Below are positions 38,121-50,228 of a stretch of DNA of 64,000 bases, one piece after another. The stretch's first letter is position 1. Every line of letters starts with the position of its first letter. The position numbers and the translations under genes were made by a program. The notes beneath the pieces are model-generated. The model ran no database searches, was not told where the DNA came from, and saw only the letters and a list, made by a program, of their open reading frames with translations. This stretch comes from Vicugna vicugna (lineage: Eukaryota), in the NCBI GenBank assembly GCA_013265495.1, contig MU058365.1, positions 1-64,000 on the forward strand, written 5' to 3'.

Positions 38121-38624
38121 AAATACTGCCTCTTCCTCAAGCTATTTAATATTATTTACTTTTTAAGTAAGGTACTGATGATGGACTAGATCCAGCACAA
38201 ATTTAACTTCAGAAAAACAATAGAGTTTATTCTTCTTAGGAAACTCAATTATTTTCTAGGAGACAAATATAATTTAGCATTTTATTATTATACAAGTTTC
38301 AGAATGCTTGGAAACCCTGAGTGTTAACTAGTTTGAGAAGTGGCATAGTTTATTTACAGCATGTTTCATTTGCTGAAATGTAAAAAATTTTCTAGCTTCT
38401 CAGTGAATGTATAACAAAGAAATCGGTATTTAATATTTTAAATAGAGAAATGAAAAACAGTACCAAAAAGGAAAATCTAGAAATGTTATTGCCCCCAAAT
38501 GATACTACGTTTGTGAAATTCTAAGACATTTTCATAAATTAAAATGAAAATAGTACGTTTTCAAAATAAGGTAAGAAAAAGCCTTCCAAAACCGTCTTTT
38601 AAAACATAATGCCTGGTGCAGTCA

Positions 38625-39460
38625 CTGTGATAAAGTTTGGTGATTCCTCAAAGTTAAACATAGAATTATCATATGACACATTAATTCCACTCCTAGGTAT
38701 ATACTCAAAAGAGCTGAAAGCAGGGATCCAGATAATTTGTACACCAATGTTCACAGCAGCATTATATCCACAACAGCCAAAAGGTGGAAACAGCACAAGT
38801 ACCCATTAACAGATGAATGGATAAACAAAATATGGTATACACATACCTGGACTATTATTCAGCTATGAAAAAAATGAGAGTCTGATATATGCTACAACAT
38901 GGATAACCTTGAAAACATTATGCTAAGTAAATAAAAGACAAAAACAACATGTACTGCATGATTCCACTTAAATGAATGAGCTCAGAAAAGGCAAATTCAT
39001 AGAGATGGTAAGTAGAATGGAAATTACCAGGAGCAGAGGGAAGGGCAGGGAGTGAATAGCTACTTTTTAATGGGTACAGTGTTTCTGTATGGGATAATGA
39101 AAAAGTTCTGGAGATAGTGGTGATAGTTACATGACACTGTGAAAATCTACATTTTTAAAATATTTATACAGAATATTTCTTTTTTTATTGAAGTATAGTT
39201 GATTTACAACATGTTAATTTTGGGTGTATAGCAAAGTGGAGTCATATATCATATACGTATATATTCTTTTTCAGATTCTTTCCTATTACAGGTTGTTATA
39301 CGATATTTAATATGGTTCCCTGTGCTATATAGTAGGTCCTTGTTTATTTTATGTTGTACTGAACACTATGAATATATTTAAACCCACTGAATTGTACACT
39401 TAAAAATAATTAAAATGGTAAATTTTATGTTTTATATATATATTTTAACCACAATTTTTA
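38625..39460 (+). mobile_element. L1MB-like 3' end with a nested antisense L1 3' end at about 39175-39355
   Basis: aattccactcctaggtatatactcaaaagagctgaaagcaggg...aattgtacacttaaaaataattaaaatggtaaattttatg; inner tttttattgaagtatagttgatttacaac. Confidence 0.8.
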
Positions 39461-39908
39461 AAAAGTTAAAAAAACATAATGGAAGCACAATGTATATATT
39501 ATAGAGAATAAGGAGAAATGTTTTCAAGTGTAGAAAGAGGAATAAGAATAAGTTAAATTGACAACTATAAAAAATTTCTTTCAACAGAAATTGATACATT
39601 GTAAACTGACTATACTTCAATTAAAAAAATTCTTTTAACATTAAGAGTGGGACAACAGAATTATGCATGGCAGTTCAACATCATAATCTTCTCACAACAA
39701 TGCTTAGCATATAATATCCTAAAAAGAGCAATTAACTTTTTATTCCTAATCAAGACACAAAAGCAATGTCAGAATCAACCCTAGTAGGTAATCAACATTT
39801 TATTTACATAATCTGATATGAAAACTCTTCACAGCACTGAAAAAATATATGAAATATTCCTTGAAAGGAACAGCATTAACAAAAGCTACAACTAAATAAA
39901 GTCAAGAG

Positions 39909-41029
39909 ACCTTCCTCCAAAGAAGACATTCAGATGGCCAATAGGCACATAAAAAGATGCTCAGCATTGCTAATTATTAGAGAAATGCAAATCAAAACTA
40001 CAATGAAGTTATCACCTCACACTGGTCAGAATGGCCATCATTTAAAAAAAATCTACAGATACTAAATGCTGGAGAACATGTGTGGAAAAGGGAACCCTCC
40101 ACACTGTTGGTGGAATGTAAATTGGAGCAGCCACTATGGAAAACAGTGTGGAGGTTCCTTAAAAAACTAAAAGCTGAGTTATCATAAGATCCAGCAATCC
40201 CACTTCTGGACATATATCCAGAGAAAACTATACTTTGAAAAGATACACGCACCCCAATGGTCATAGCAGCACTATATACAATAGCCAAGGCATGGAAGCA
40301 ACCTAAATGTCCATCGACAGAAGACTGGATAAAGAAGTTGTGGTATATTAATCCAATGGAATACTGCTCAGCCATAAAAAAGAAAAAATAATGCCATCTA
40401 CAACAACATGGATGGATCTAGAGATTGTCATATAAAGTGAAGTAACTCAAAGAAGACAAATATTATATGATATCACTTATATGTGGAATCTAAAAATAGA
40501 GATACAAATGAACTTACTTATAAAACAGAAATAGACTCACAAAGAAAAGAAACTTATGATTACCAAAGGGGAAGAAAGGTGGGAAGGGATAAATTAGGAG
40601 TTAGGGATTAGCATATACACATGACTATATATAAAATAGATAAACAATGTCCTACTGTATAGCACAGGAAACTACATTCAATATCCTGTAATAATCTATA
40701 ATGGAAAAGAGTCTGAAAAAGAATTTACATATATATATATATAAACTGAATCACTTCGCTGTACACTAGAAACTAATACAACATTATAAATCAATTATAT
40801 TTCAAAAGGAAAGGTGAGGTAGAGGGAGAAATTGGGAGTTTGAGATTTGTAGATGCTAACTACTATATATGAATATAAAACAGGTAAACAACAAGGTCCT
40901 ATTCTACAGCAAAGGGAACTATATTCAATACCTTGTAATAGCCTATAATGAAAAGGAATATACATATATATGTATAACTGAAAAAAATAGACTGAAGTCT
41001 TATTTAAAATAAATAAATTTTTTAAAATA
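39909..41029 (+). mobile_element. 5'-truncated LINE-1 followed by a second L1 3' UTR fragment, both inside one TSD
   Basis: Perfect 16-bp TSD taaataaagtcaagag at 39893-39908 and 41030-41045. Confidence 0.88.
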
Positions 41030-41718
41030 TAAATAAAGTCAAGAGGAAGTTCATATTTTCCTCACCCCTTCTGGGTATCTCTAGTAAAACACATGCTTTT
41101 TCTCAATTATTAACTTATTTCAAGAATGATGCAGTGGCAGTCTGATGTGATAGGGATCAAAATCAGGACAGCACTACTACCATATGCTAATTCTGCATAG
41201 ATCCAAAGCAGTACACATTCTCCAGGTAAAAATTCTAGTTTACACAAAATAACACAAATCACATGAGACACTGAACATCAGACCCATCAATTCAGACTTC
41301 AAGCTACCTATCATGTTGTGTTTAAGACTACTGGATACAGTTGCACTCAGTTATAACAATGTCTCAGTGATAATTTCCAGTAACACTGATTTTAAGGAAT
41401 TCAATACGTCATTTAGGATTATCACTCTAAATTACACACCTAAATATAGTTAATTTGGTAGTTATTTTTTGACTGAGAATTAAGATGAGGGCAAAGGTTT
41501 AAGTGGTTTACCCAAGAATGCAATGGCAATAACTTTAAAAGGGAAAAGAGGAAAATGGATGGACTTTTATCACTGAGCATCAATGATGCTCTGAACTAGA
41601 AATATTTCTATGTTGTAAATAAATATTTCTTACAGCTCATGTAATTTATTCCTTAAAACAACCTATACCACATAATTGCACAGCTCAGGGGTGCATCAAG
41701 TCTTATCTTGGTCTATGT

Positions 41719-41938
41719 CAGGAATAAGCAAACACTGGGCTATGGGTCAAATCTTGGCCCAACACCTATTTTTGTAAATGAAATATTATTTGAATAAAGC
41801 CGCATCTATTTGTTTACATACTGCCTATGGCTGATTCTGTGCTAAAAGAGCAGGGATGAGCAGTTGAAGCAGATACCTTATCGTTGCAAAGCCAAAACTA
41901 TTTACTAGCGGTTTACAAAAAAACCCTGCCAATCTCTG
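41719..41938 (+). mobile_element. MER58A-like hAT-Charlie MITE
   Basis: cagg...ctg termini; 8-bp TSD gtctatgt / gtctgtgt; internal tttttgtaaatgaaat...gcaaagccaaaactatttacta. Confidence 0.85.
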
Positions 41939-44081
41939 GTCTGTGTGAATGCCGCTCCTGTAACAGTGCAGTACACAAGCTTACTCAGCAGCCCTGACAA
42001 CAACCTATTGAAGAAGGTATTATGCATATTTGATAGATGAGAAACCTAATACTCAGTAAAATCAAATAATGTGTCTGAGGTCACATAGCTTTTAAATGAC
42101 AAAGTCAACTTTCAAATCCAGATCTTTCTACTAAATCACATAAGACCATGTATAAACTGAGGCTAGTAACAATACCTCCCAAAGCTGTTATAAGTCTCAA
42201 ATATGTACATGAAAATATTAGAGAAATGTTAGTTGCTACTAACATTACAGAGTAAAAATTAAATATTCATATAGTTTGGCCTTATATTCTCCTTTATTCT
42301 TCCATTAAATCGCGGCTTTAGCCACTTATGCCTTCACATTTGCCAGTCCCTCAAAATGAGATCCTCACACTCCTATTCCCAACACCTTCCATCTATCCAA
42401 ATACTACTCCTTGTCTAGAATCAACTTAAATGCCACATTCTTGGTGACACCTTGTCTGAATCTCTAATCAATCTTCATTGCTCTTTCCTACGTTCCCCTA
42501 TAGCATATTACTTCAAATGCTGTTTAATATTTGTTTCATTCTATTTTCTATTATTTACTGATCTGTTTCTCCCACTAGATTTTACATTATTTAAGAGATT
42601 ATTTCTTATTCATCCTTACATTCATCTCAACCTCCCTCCCTGCCTAACAGCACCTATCAAAGCTTCTTGTACATAGTAAACATACACTGAGTTGGACTCC
42701 TGACATCGTATACCTAGTTCTACTATATTCCAATCTGTTGCTTATCACACCAAGCTAGCTTGCCTCCAATACATCTGTCCACTCTTCAAAAAGGGAAGAG
42801 GAAAGCTAGAAAACTCTTCTAAATAAGATATACATAGACTTTTCAATTTCTACCCTGTTCAGTGTAATATTCGATGCTTTAAATATGAACTCCTCTCTAT
42901 TAAGTTAGTGACGCTTCTTTAAAAGATTAATGATTTCATGAGGTTTATCAATAGAATTTATTTCCTCATTTAGTCTTTAAACCAAATTGTTCATACCAAA
43001 TCCTCTCACAAGTAAACACAATGTTCCAACTCAGCTGTTGGTGGCAGAATGTGTTCACAATGAGCAACCCCTACTATCCTGGCAAGAATTATAGGACTAG
43101 CTAATTACAGTACAGCCTCTCATATCTGTTTTCAGTGGGATAAAGAACAATCTGGATATACCCAAAAGCAAATGGCCCAGAGACACATCCTAGGATTTTT
43201 CCACAAATATGGAAGTCACATTAAGTCTACTTAAATTGGGCTTATCTCCACCATGTCCACAGTTTTTCTATGATAGTAAGAGAAATGCCAAGGTATGAGG
43301 TTTTCATGAGAAGTAGGAGGAAAGATCCCATTGTAAAAGCTAGCCAAGACATTTTCAATAAGCTGGAGATTTATATGCGCCTGAAGTTTGACATAAAGAA
43401 GACAGAGATATACAAACAAAACAGAAGACAACCTCTGCTATAAAAGAGCTTGGGTTTTCTTCGGAGGAGAAAAATAAACATGAAATAACTTGAGAATAAT
43501 AAGGAACATCATCTATTATTGCCACTGATCCAAAATATTTCTCTGATCTCAGTGCTGTACCGCAGATTATTGTGACAACTGCTCTAAATAAACCATACAA
43601 CATTATTTGGTCCTTAAGGCTGCCACCGAAATTGAAGGGAAGAATGAGATTATTTTCATTTTCCACTTGCTTTTGAGGAAACCTGCAGAGTAAAATAATC
43701 CATGCTAATGATATGAACTTCAAAAGCAAAATGTGCATTAGAGGAACAGCACAAATTCATTCATTTTATGCCTGCTAATCAATAATTAGTAACATCTTAC
43801 AGAGACAGGTAAAAATAGGACACCTCACACATAGATGCCTACAGTTTAAGACAACAGTTAACAATACAAAAGATGTGACAGTGAAAAGAATAAATTCTAT
43901 TCTTTAATAGAAAAATTTCTCTTTTAAAAAGCAGAGTCCCATTTCAAGTTGCTATAGATACACTATTTCTCCTATTTTTCCTAATTAATCAACTAAAATA
44001 TTTTTTATCTTCAATTTCAGGCAAACAGAACAATAATTTACCCTGAAAAAAACCTCATAAGTCACCTAAAAATGCTGGCTA

Positions 44082-44240
44082 GGAGGAGGGTACAGCTCAG
44101 TGGTAGAGTGCATGTTTAGCATGCAAGAGGTCCTCAGTTCAATCTCCAGTACCTCCGTTAAACAAACAAACAAACAAACAAACAAACCTAATTACCTCCT
44201 CATTCCTGCAAAGAAAAATAAACAAAAATAAGAAAAAAAA
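44082..44240 (+). mobile_element. Camelid tRNA-derived SINE
   Basis: ggagggtacagctcagtggtagagtgcatgtttagcatgcaagaggtcc...(AAAC)n-cctaattacctcc; flanking repeat tgctggcta/tgctgacta. Confidence 0.9.
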
Positions 44241-44869
44241 AGTGCTGACTAGACTATGAAAATCATCTTGAGATCAGTGAACATAAACTCACAATCAAAA
44301 TCACAAAACACAGGAAATGATTAAGGGTCAGCAGAAATAATAAACATGAAGGTAACTCACAAGGTCAGTAAAAATTAATGGCTGCAGAATAGCATTTAAA
44401 GAAACATGAAAGCATATAAAAATATGACTAAGGAACAAACTCCACTCGATGAGCAGGTAGATTTTTAAAAGGAACCTAATAGAATTTCTAGAAATTGTGT
44501 ATACAATCAAAATTAGAAGTTTGGTAGAAAGGTTAAACTGCAGGATAGATGAACCTAAAGTGAGAATTTGCAGATTGAACCAGAGGAGATATCAAAAGAA
44601 TTTACTCAGATGCAAAATTAAGACATAAAAGAGATGAGTTAAGAGACAAAGAGCAAAGAGGGAGAATGTTTAGTACATCTAAACAGGGTTACAAAAGAAA
44701 AAAACAGAAAGACTAGTCAAGAGCAATATTTGAAGTAATAATGGTTAAGAATTTTGATGAAATTTTGATGAAATCTATGGTTTTGATGAAAACCACAGAT
44801 CCTCATATTCAGGAAGCAAAGCAACAAATCAAAAGCAAGGATTTTTTTTAAAATCCCTTTTAAAATAAC

Positions 44870-45742
44870 ATTAAAAAATTAAGTACTTAGGAATAAATCT
44901 GACCAAGGAAGTGAAATTACACACTGAAAACTATAAACATTGATAAAAGAAACTGAAGATGATTCAAAAAAATGGAAAGATATCCCATGCTCTTGGATTA
45001 GAAGAATTAATACTGTTAAAATGGCCATATTACCCAAGGCAATCTCCAGATTTAATGCAGTCCCAATCAAATCACCCATGACATTTTTCACAGAACTGGA
45101 AAAATAATCCTAAAATTTATATGAACCACCAATGACCCAGAATTGCCAAAGCACCCCTGAGGAAACAGAACAAAGCTGGAGGCATAATCCTCCCAGGCTT
45201 CAGACAATATTACAAAGCTAGAGTAATCAAAACAGCATGGTACTGGCACAAAAACAGATATATGGATCAATGGAACAGAATAGAAAGCCCAGAAATAAAC
45301 CCATACCCCTATGGTCAATTAATCTTCGACTAAGGAGTCAAGGATATCTAATGGAGAAAAAAGAGTCTCTTCAGCAAGTGATGTTGGGAAAGCTGGACAG
45401 CCATATGTAAACCAATGAAGTTAGAACACACCCTCACATCATACACAAAAATAAATTCAAAATGGCTTAAAGATTTAAATATAAGCCATGACACTATAAA
45501 ACTCCAAGAAGAGAACATCAGGAGAAAATTCTATGATAGAAATCATACCAATATTTTCTTACATCAGTCTCCCAAGGCAACAGAAATAAAAGCAAATATC
45601 AACAAGTGGGAACTAATTAAACTTATAAGCTTTCGCACAGCAAAAGAAACCATAAACAAAACAAAAAGACAACTTATGGACTGGGAGTAAATACTGGCAA
45701 ATAATATGACTGACAAGGGCTTAATTCCAATATATACAAACT
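44870..45742 (+). mobile_element. LINE-1 ORF2 internal fragment, between older L1M ORF1-like (about 44250-44860) and L1M 3'-end (about 45745-46330) sequence
   Basis: tggaaagatatcccatgctcttggattagaagaattaat; [23 protein letters not shown]. Confidence 0.88.
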
Positions 45743-47224
45743 GTTATACATTCATACAATGGAATACTACCCAGTAATAAAAGTAAACTAAAAACATGCA
45801 ACAAAATGGGTGAATCTTAAAAAACATGCTGCTTGAAAGAAGTCTTACACAAAAGAATATGTATTGTATAATTTCATTTACATAAGATTCTAGAACATGC
45901 AAAATTAATCTGTGGTAGAAAAATGAGTAATGGTTCTTCTGGCAGATGGAGATGAGAAAGGACATTAGGAAACCTTCTAGAATCATAGTAATGTTTTAAT
46001 CCTGATAGGGTTTACCAGACACATGCATTTGTCAAAATTCATCAAATAGTACAATTAAGATTTATGCATTATATTGTATATGAATTTTACTTTAAGAAGG
46101 TAAACAAATATTGAACTGTTGCAATATTTGCTTGTTTAGGAATTTAAGGGCAAATTCTGCAACTTATTTTAAAATGCAAACAAAAATAAGATGGATGGAA
46201 GGGTCATAAATGGATAAAACATGACAAAGCAAACATAGTAAAACAATTGTGGAATCAAAGTTGTGAGTGTTTACTGTTCAATTTTTTCTACTTTTCTGTG
46301 TGTTTGAAAATATTGATATAAATGTTGGAGAAAGACAAAAATCAAAGAAGTAAATAATACCAAATCAAAAGATAAAGGTCAATGTCAAGTTAAAGTGCCA
46401 GCATATCAAAAGGTAAAGAACTGCTGAAAGTATTCAATCACTTAACATTTTAAGCATTCCAAACTAAGACAAGCTGAATGACAATTTAAAACTGATCTAC
46501 ACTTGATCTTAAGTGATACTCACAAAAAATATTCAGAGCTGAAATAAAGAACACTAAACTCAAGAATCAGTTTCTTATTATAAACCCAAGTGGTAATAGT
46601 TCATATTTCAACTGTGGTAATTCGAAGTAGTAGAATAAGAAAGAAAATGTTAGATATATTTAAAATGTAGTCTATAGCCAGTTTATGTTTTTAAGTATTA
46701 AATTCTGCTTACTGATATGGACAAAAGGGATATTGATACTTTGTAATTATAGAACTGTGCAGATTTAAACAAATAATACTATTATGTATTGAATGTAAAA
46801 TTTACACTCCAGATCTTAGATGTAGTTTAACTTTATTACTTTATAAAATTAAACACAGTATTTTACAAAAGCATTTAAAATGCATTTTGAAATGTGTGCT
46901 GTTAGTGTACTATATGCAGTAATGCATACATATGTACACTATTATACTATATCTCTATAACAAATATGCAGAGAGAGAACAACAAGGGCTTGAGGTGAAA
47001 AGATGAAGTCAGTTAAGGAATCAGGAAAATTCAAGAGGAAGAAATAAGAGAATCAAGTTCAAATGGAATAAAAAGAAAAGACAGAGAGCAAAACCTATCT
47101 GACAAGCCAACATAATCATTAAACACCCACTAAAAAGGAAGTTATGTGAAGTTAAATAGAAGCTCAGGGAAGAGAGATACACTGAAACTGGAATCCTCCA
47201 GGAACTTTCAAAGAGGAAGTAGAC

Positions 47225-47615
47225 TTAAAATGGCTCCCGAAAGAGATACATGCGTATATACGTATATACGCAGCAAGGAGCAGGCAGGCTGCCCAGAGGA
47301 AGGAGAAAGACACGTGCAAACAGGACACAGCGATTGGACTAAGCGTGACATATGGGCAAGAAGCAGGCACGGAAGCAACGTTACGCAGAACCCAAGTGGA
47401 GAATTAATTCCTGGACACACTAAAACGAAATCAGGCAGGTCGCCCACGTGGAAAATAATGAAAAACAAAGTGGGTAAGGGTCACAGAGGACACTGATAGA
47501 ACAACAGACTTCATCTGAGCCTTAGTTTTCTTCCAGTAAGTAGGCCCACTTCTGCGCTCCTTGGCATCAGTCCGTCTCATCATCTGCCTAAACTCTATGC
47601 ACGTGATGTCGCTCA
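47225..47615. promoter_or_regulatory. CpG-enriched unique block; candidate enhancer or alternative promoter
   Basis: 17 CpGs counted in about 375 bp against a CpG-poor background. CACGTG at 47311, 47445 and 47600; ATTGG, CGGAAG and AAAATGGC motifs. Confidence 0.45.
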
Positions 47616-48091
47616 TCACAATTAAGTTCCCCAAGTTCAAAGGCCCAGTGCCCACCCATAATCTCTGAAAGGAAAATAATGCCCCATGCACATGGGCCCT
47701 GGGGTGGATATTCAGTCAGTCCAGAAAACCTAGAATTTTGTGCTTGAATAGAATGAAGCTTTGCTATACAAAACGGACAAGCAGGAATGTTTTTCTGCTA
47801 ATGAAGTAATTCTTAACTTCTTTGGAGTTATAGACGTCTTTGGGAATCTAGTAAAAGATCTTCATCATTACTTCAGCATATATCAAGCATATATGCCATG
47901 TACTGAGGATAGAGTTAAGAACAGAACATATATAATCTTTGCCTTCATGAAATGTACAGTTGAGCAGGAAAGAGAAAGCATTATTAAACAACTAAAGGTT
48001 GGCTTCTCTGATCATATAAATCAGGTTTTCCCTTTATTCCTGTTCATGTCTTTTACAGCATTTATCATTATCCGATAATCTGCATTAATTT

Positions 48092-48635
48092 CTGCTCTGG
48101 TTATATACTGCTATATAACACGCCACCCCTAAATTTAGCAGCTTAAAACAATTCATTGTCTCTCAAGGCTCTGTGGGTTGACTAGGCTTAGCTGTGTAGT
48201 TCTCATCTGATATTCTCACATGTGGTTGCAGTCAGATGGTACTGGAGAATGAAGTCAGCTAAAGGCTCAACTGGAATGGATGTCCAAGGGGGCTCACTCA
48301 CATGGCCAGTTGATGCTTTCAAAGCTCAGCTAGTGCTATGGAGTGCCTACACAAGACCTCTCTCTCCATGTGGCTTGAGCTTCTCACGATATAGTGGCTG
48401 TGTTTGAGTGGGATCATCCCAAGAGAAAACATTCCAAGAGATCCAGGTGGAAGCTGCAAGACTTCTTAAGACTTGGTCTCAAAAGTTCCAAAACATCACT
48501 TCTGCCACATTGTTTTCATCAAGGCATTGAGGCCAGCTCACATTCAAGGTAAGGAGAATTACATTCTATTTCTTGACATGAAAAACAGTACGCAAACAAA
48601 GGGAAGGAATCGATGGTGTACACCACAGACCACCA
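48092..48635 (-). mobile_element. Old MLT1 (J/K-like) LTR
   Basis: cacccctaaatttagcagcttaaaacaa; tctccatgtggcttgagcttctcac; catcacttctgccacattg; cacattcaagg. Confidence 0.75.
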
Positions 48636-48904
48636 TAACTGGCCATTTGTTTAGTATCTGCCTTTCCCACCAGGTCATGAACTTTTTTAAGGCAGAAACC
48701 ATACCTTCCTTTTTCAATGATATGGATATCACACTGTCTGACACATAGTAAGTCCTCAATAAATGTTTGCTGAATTAATTCATTGATTCAATAAAAAATT
48801 TCACAAGTAGACAAGAACTGCCATACATTATGCTAGAATGGAAATTCTGTAGTGTCTGCCCTCAAGTAGTTTATTTTCTGGTGGCAAAGACAAAAACAAA
48901 CAGA

Positions 48905-50228
48905 ACTCTGAAACTGGACCACTATCTTATACTATACACAAAAATTAACTCAAAATAGATTTCAACTTAAATGTAAGACCTGAAACCATAAAACTCCTAG
49001 ACGAAAACACAGACAGTAAGCTCCTTGACATTGGTCTTGGTGATAATTGTTTTGGATTTGACACCAAAAACAAAGGCAACCAAAGTGAAAATAACAAGTG
49101 GGACTACTTCAAACTAAAAAGCTTCTGCACAGCAGCAAAATGAAAAAGCTAACTACTGACTAGGAGAAAACATCTGCAAATCATTTATCTCACAAGGGGT
49201 TCATATCCAAAATACATAAGGAACTCATACAACTCAACAGCAAAAAAAAAAATGTGATTTAAAAATGAGCAGAGGATCTGAATAGACATTCTTCCAAAGA
49301 AGACATACAGATAGACAAGAGGTACATGAAAAGATGCTCAGTATCATTAATCATCAGGGAAATGAAAATCAAAACCACAATGAAATATTACACTTGTTAG
49401 AATGGCTATTATCAAAAAGACAAGAAATAACAAGCATTGGCAAGGATGTGGAGAAAAAGGAACTCTTGTGTACTGTTGGTGGGAATGTAAATTGGTATAG
49501 CCACTATGGAAAACAGCTTGGAGATTCCTCAAAAAATTAAAAATGGAACTACCATATGATCCAGCAATTCCACTTCTTGGGCACTTATCCAAAGGAAATG
49601 AAAACACTAATTCAAAAAGGTACCTGCACACCCATGTTCACAGCAGCATGATTTACAATAGCCAAGATATGATAATAAGTTAAGTGTCAATTGACAGATT
49701 AATAGATAATGAAACTGTGGTGTATATATAAACAATGGAGTACTATTCACCCATAAAAAAGAATCTTGCCATTTGTAACAATATTAATGTATGTTGAGGG
49801 CATTATGTTAAATGAAAAAGTCAGATGGTGATTGACAAATATTATATGATCTCACTTATATGTGGAATTTAAAAAACTAGAAACAAAAAATTGAACTCAT
49901 ATATGTGAGAACAGACTGGTGGTTGCTGGAGGCTGAGGGTGGAGGTGGGTAAAATGGGTGAAAGAAGTAAAAAGGTACAAACTTCCAGTTATAAAATGAA
50001 TAAGTCATGAGGATGTAATGTACAGTGTGGTGCCTGTACTAATACCATATTGTCTGTTCGAAAGTTGCTAAGAGAGTAGATCTTAAAAAAAAAGTTCTCA
50101 TAGCAAATTTTTAAGTATGTATGGTGATGAGTGTTAACTAGAATTGAGATCATTTTGCAATATATACAAATATTATGTTATCCATCTGAAACTGTTATAT
50201 GTCAATAATATCTCAAAAAAAAAAAAAA
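48905..50228 (+). mobile_element. 5'-truncated LINE-1 (L1MA9-like 3' UTR)
   Basis: aaatgtaagacctgaaaccataaaactcctag through 3' UTR and A tail at about 50215-50228. Confidence 0.9.

Noticed and set aside
44082..44155. tRNA-like sequence with A and B boxes (also at 2.5, 19.2, 20.8 and 33.5 kb)
   Set aside because: SINE heads with tails and flanking repeats, not tRNA genes.
44750..44795. Three copies of ttttgatgaaa
   Set aside because: Slippage duplication within decayed L1; no spacer structure.
46866..46941. Two AT-rich hairpins (tagtgtac/gtacacta enclosing tatgca/tgcata)
   Set aside because: Low-complexity TA/CA-rich sequence is self-complementary by chance; too short and bulged for a pre-miRNA.
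47146..47496. 116-aa + strand ORF in the CpG-rich block
   Set aside because: Starts at GTG, no recognisable homology; ORFs in several frames are expected at the locally higher GC content.
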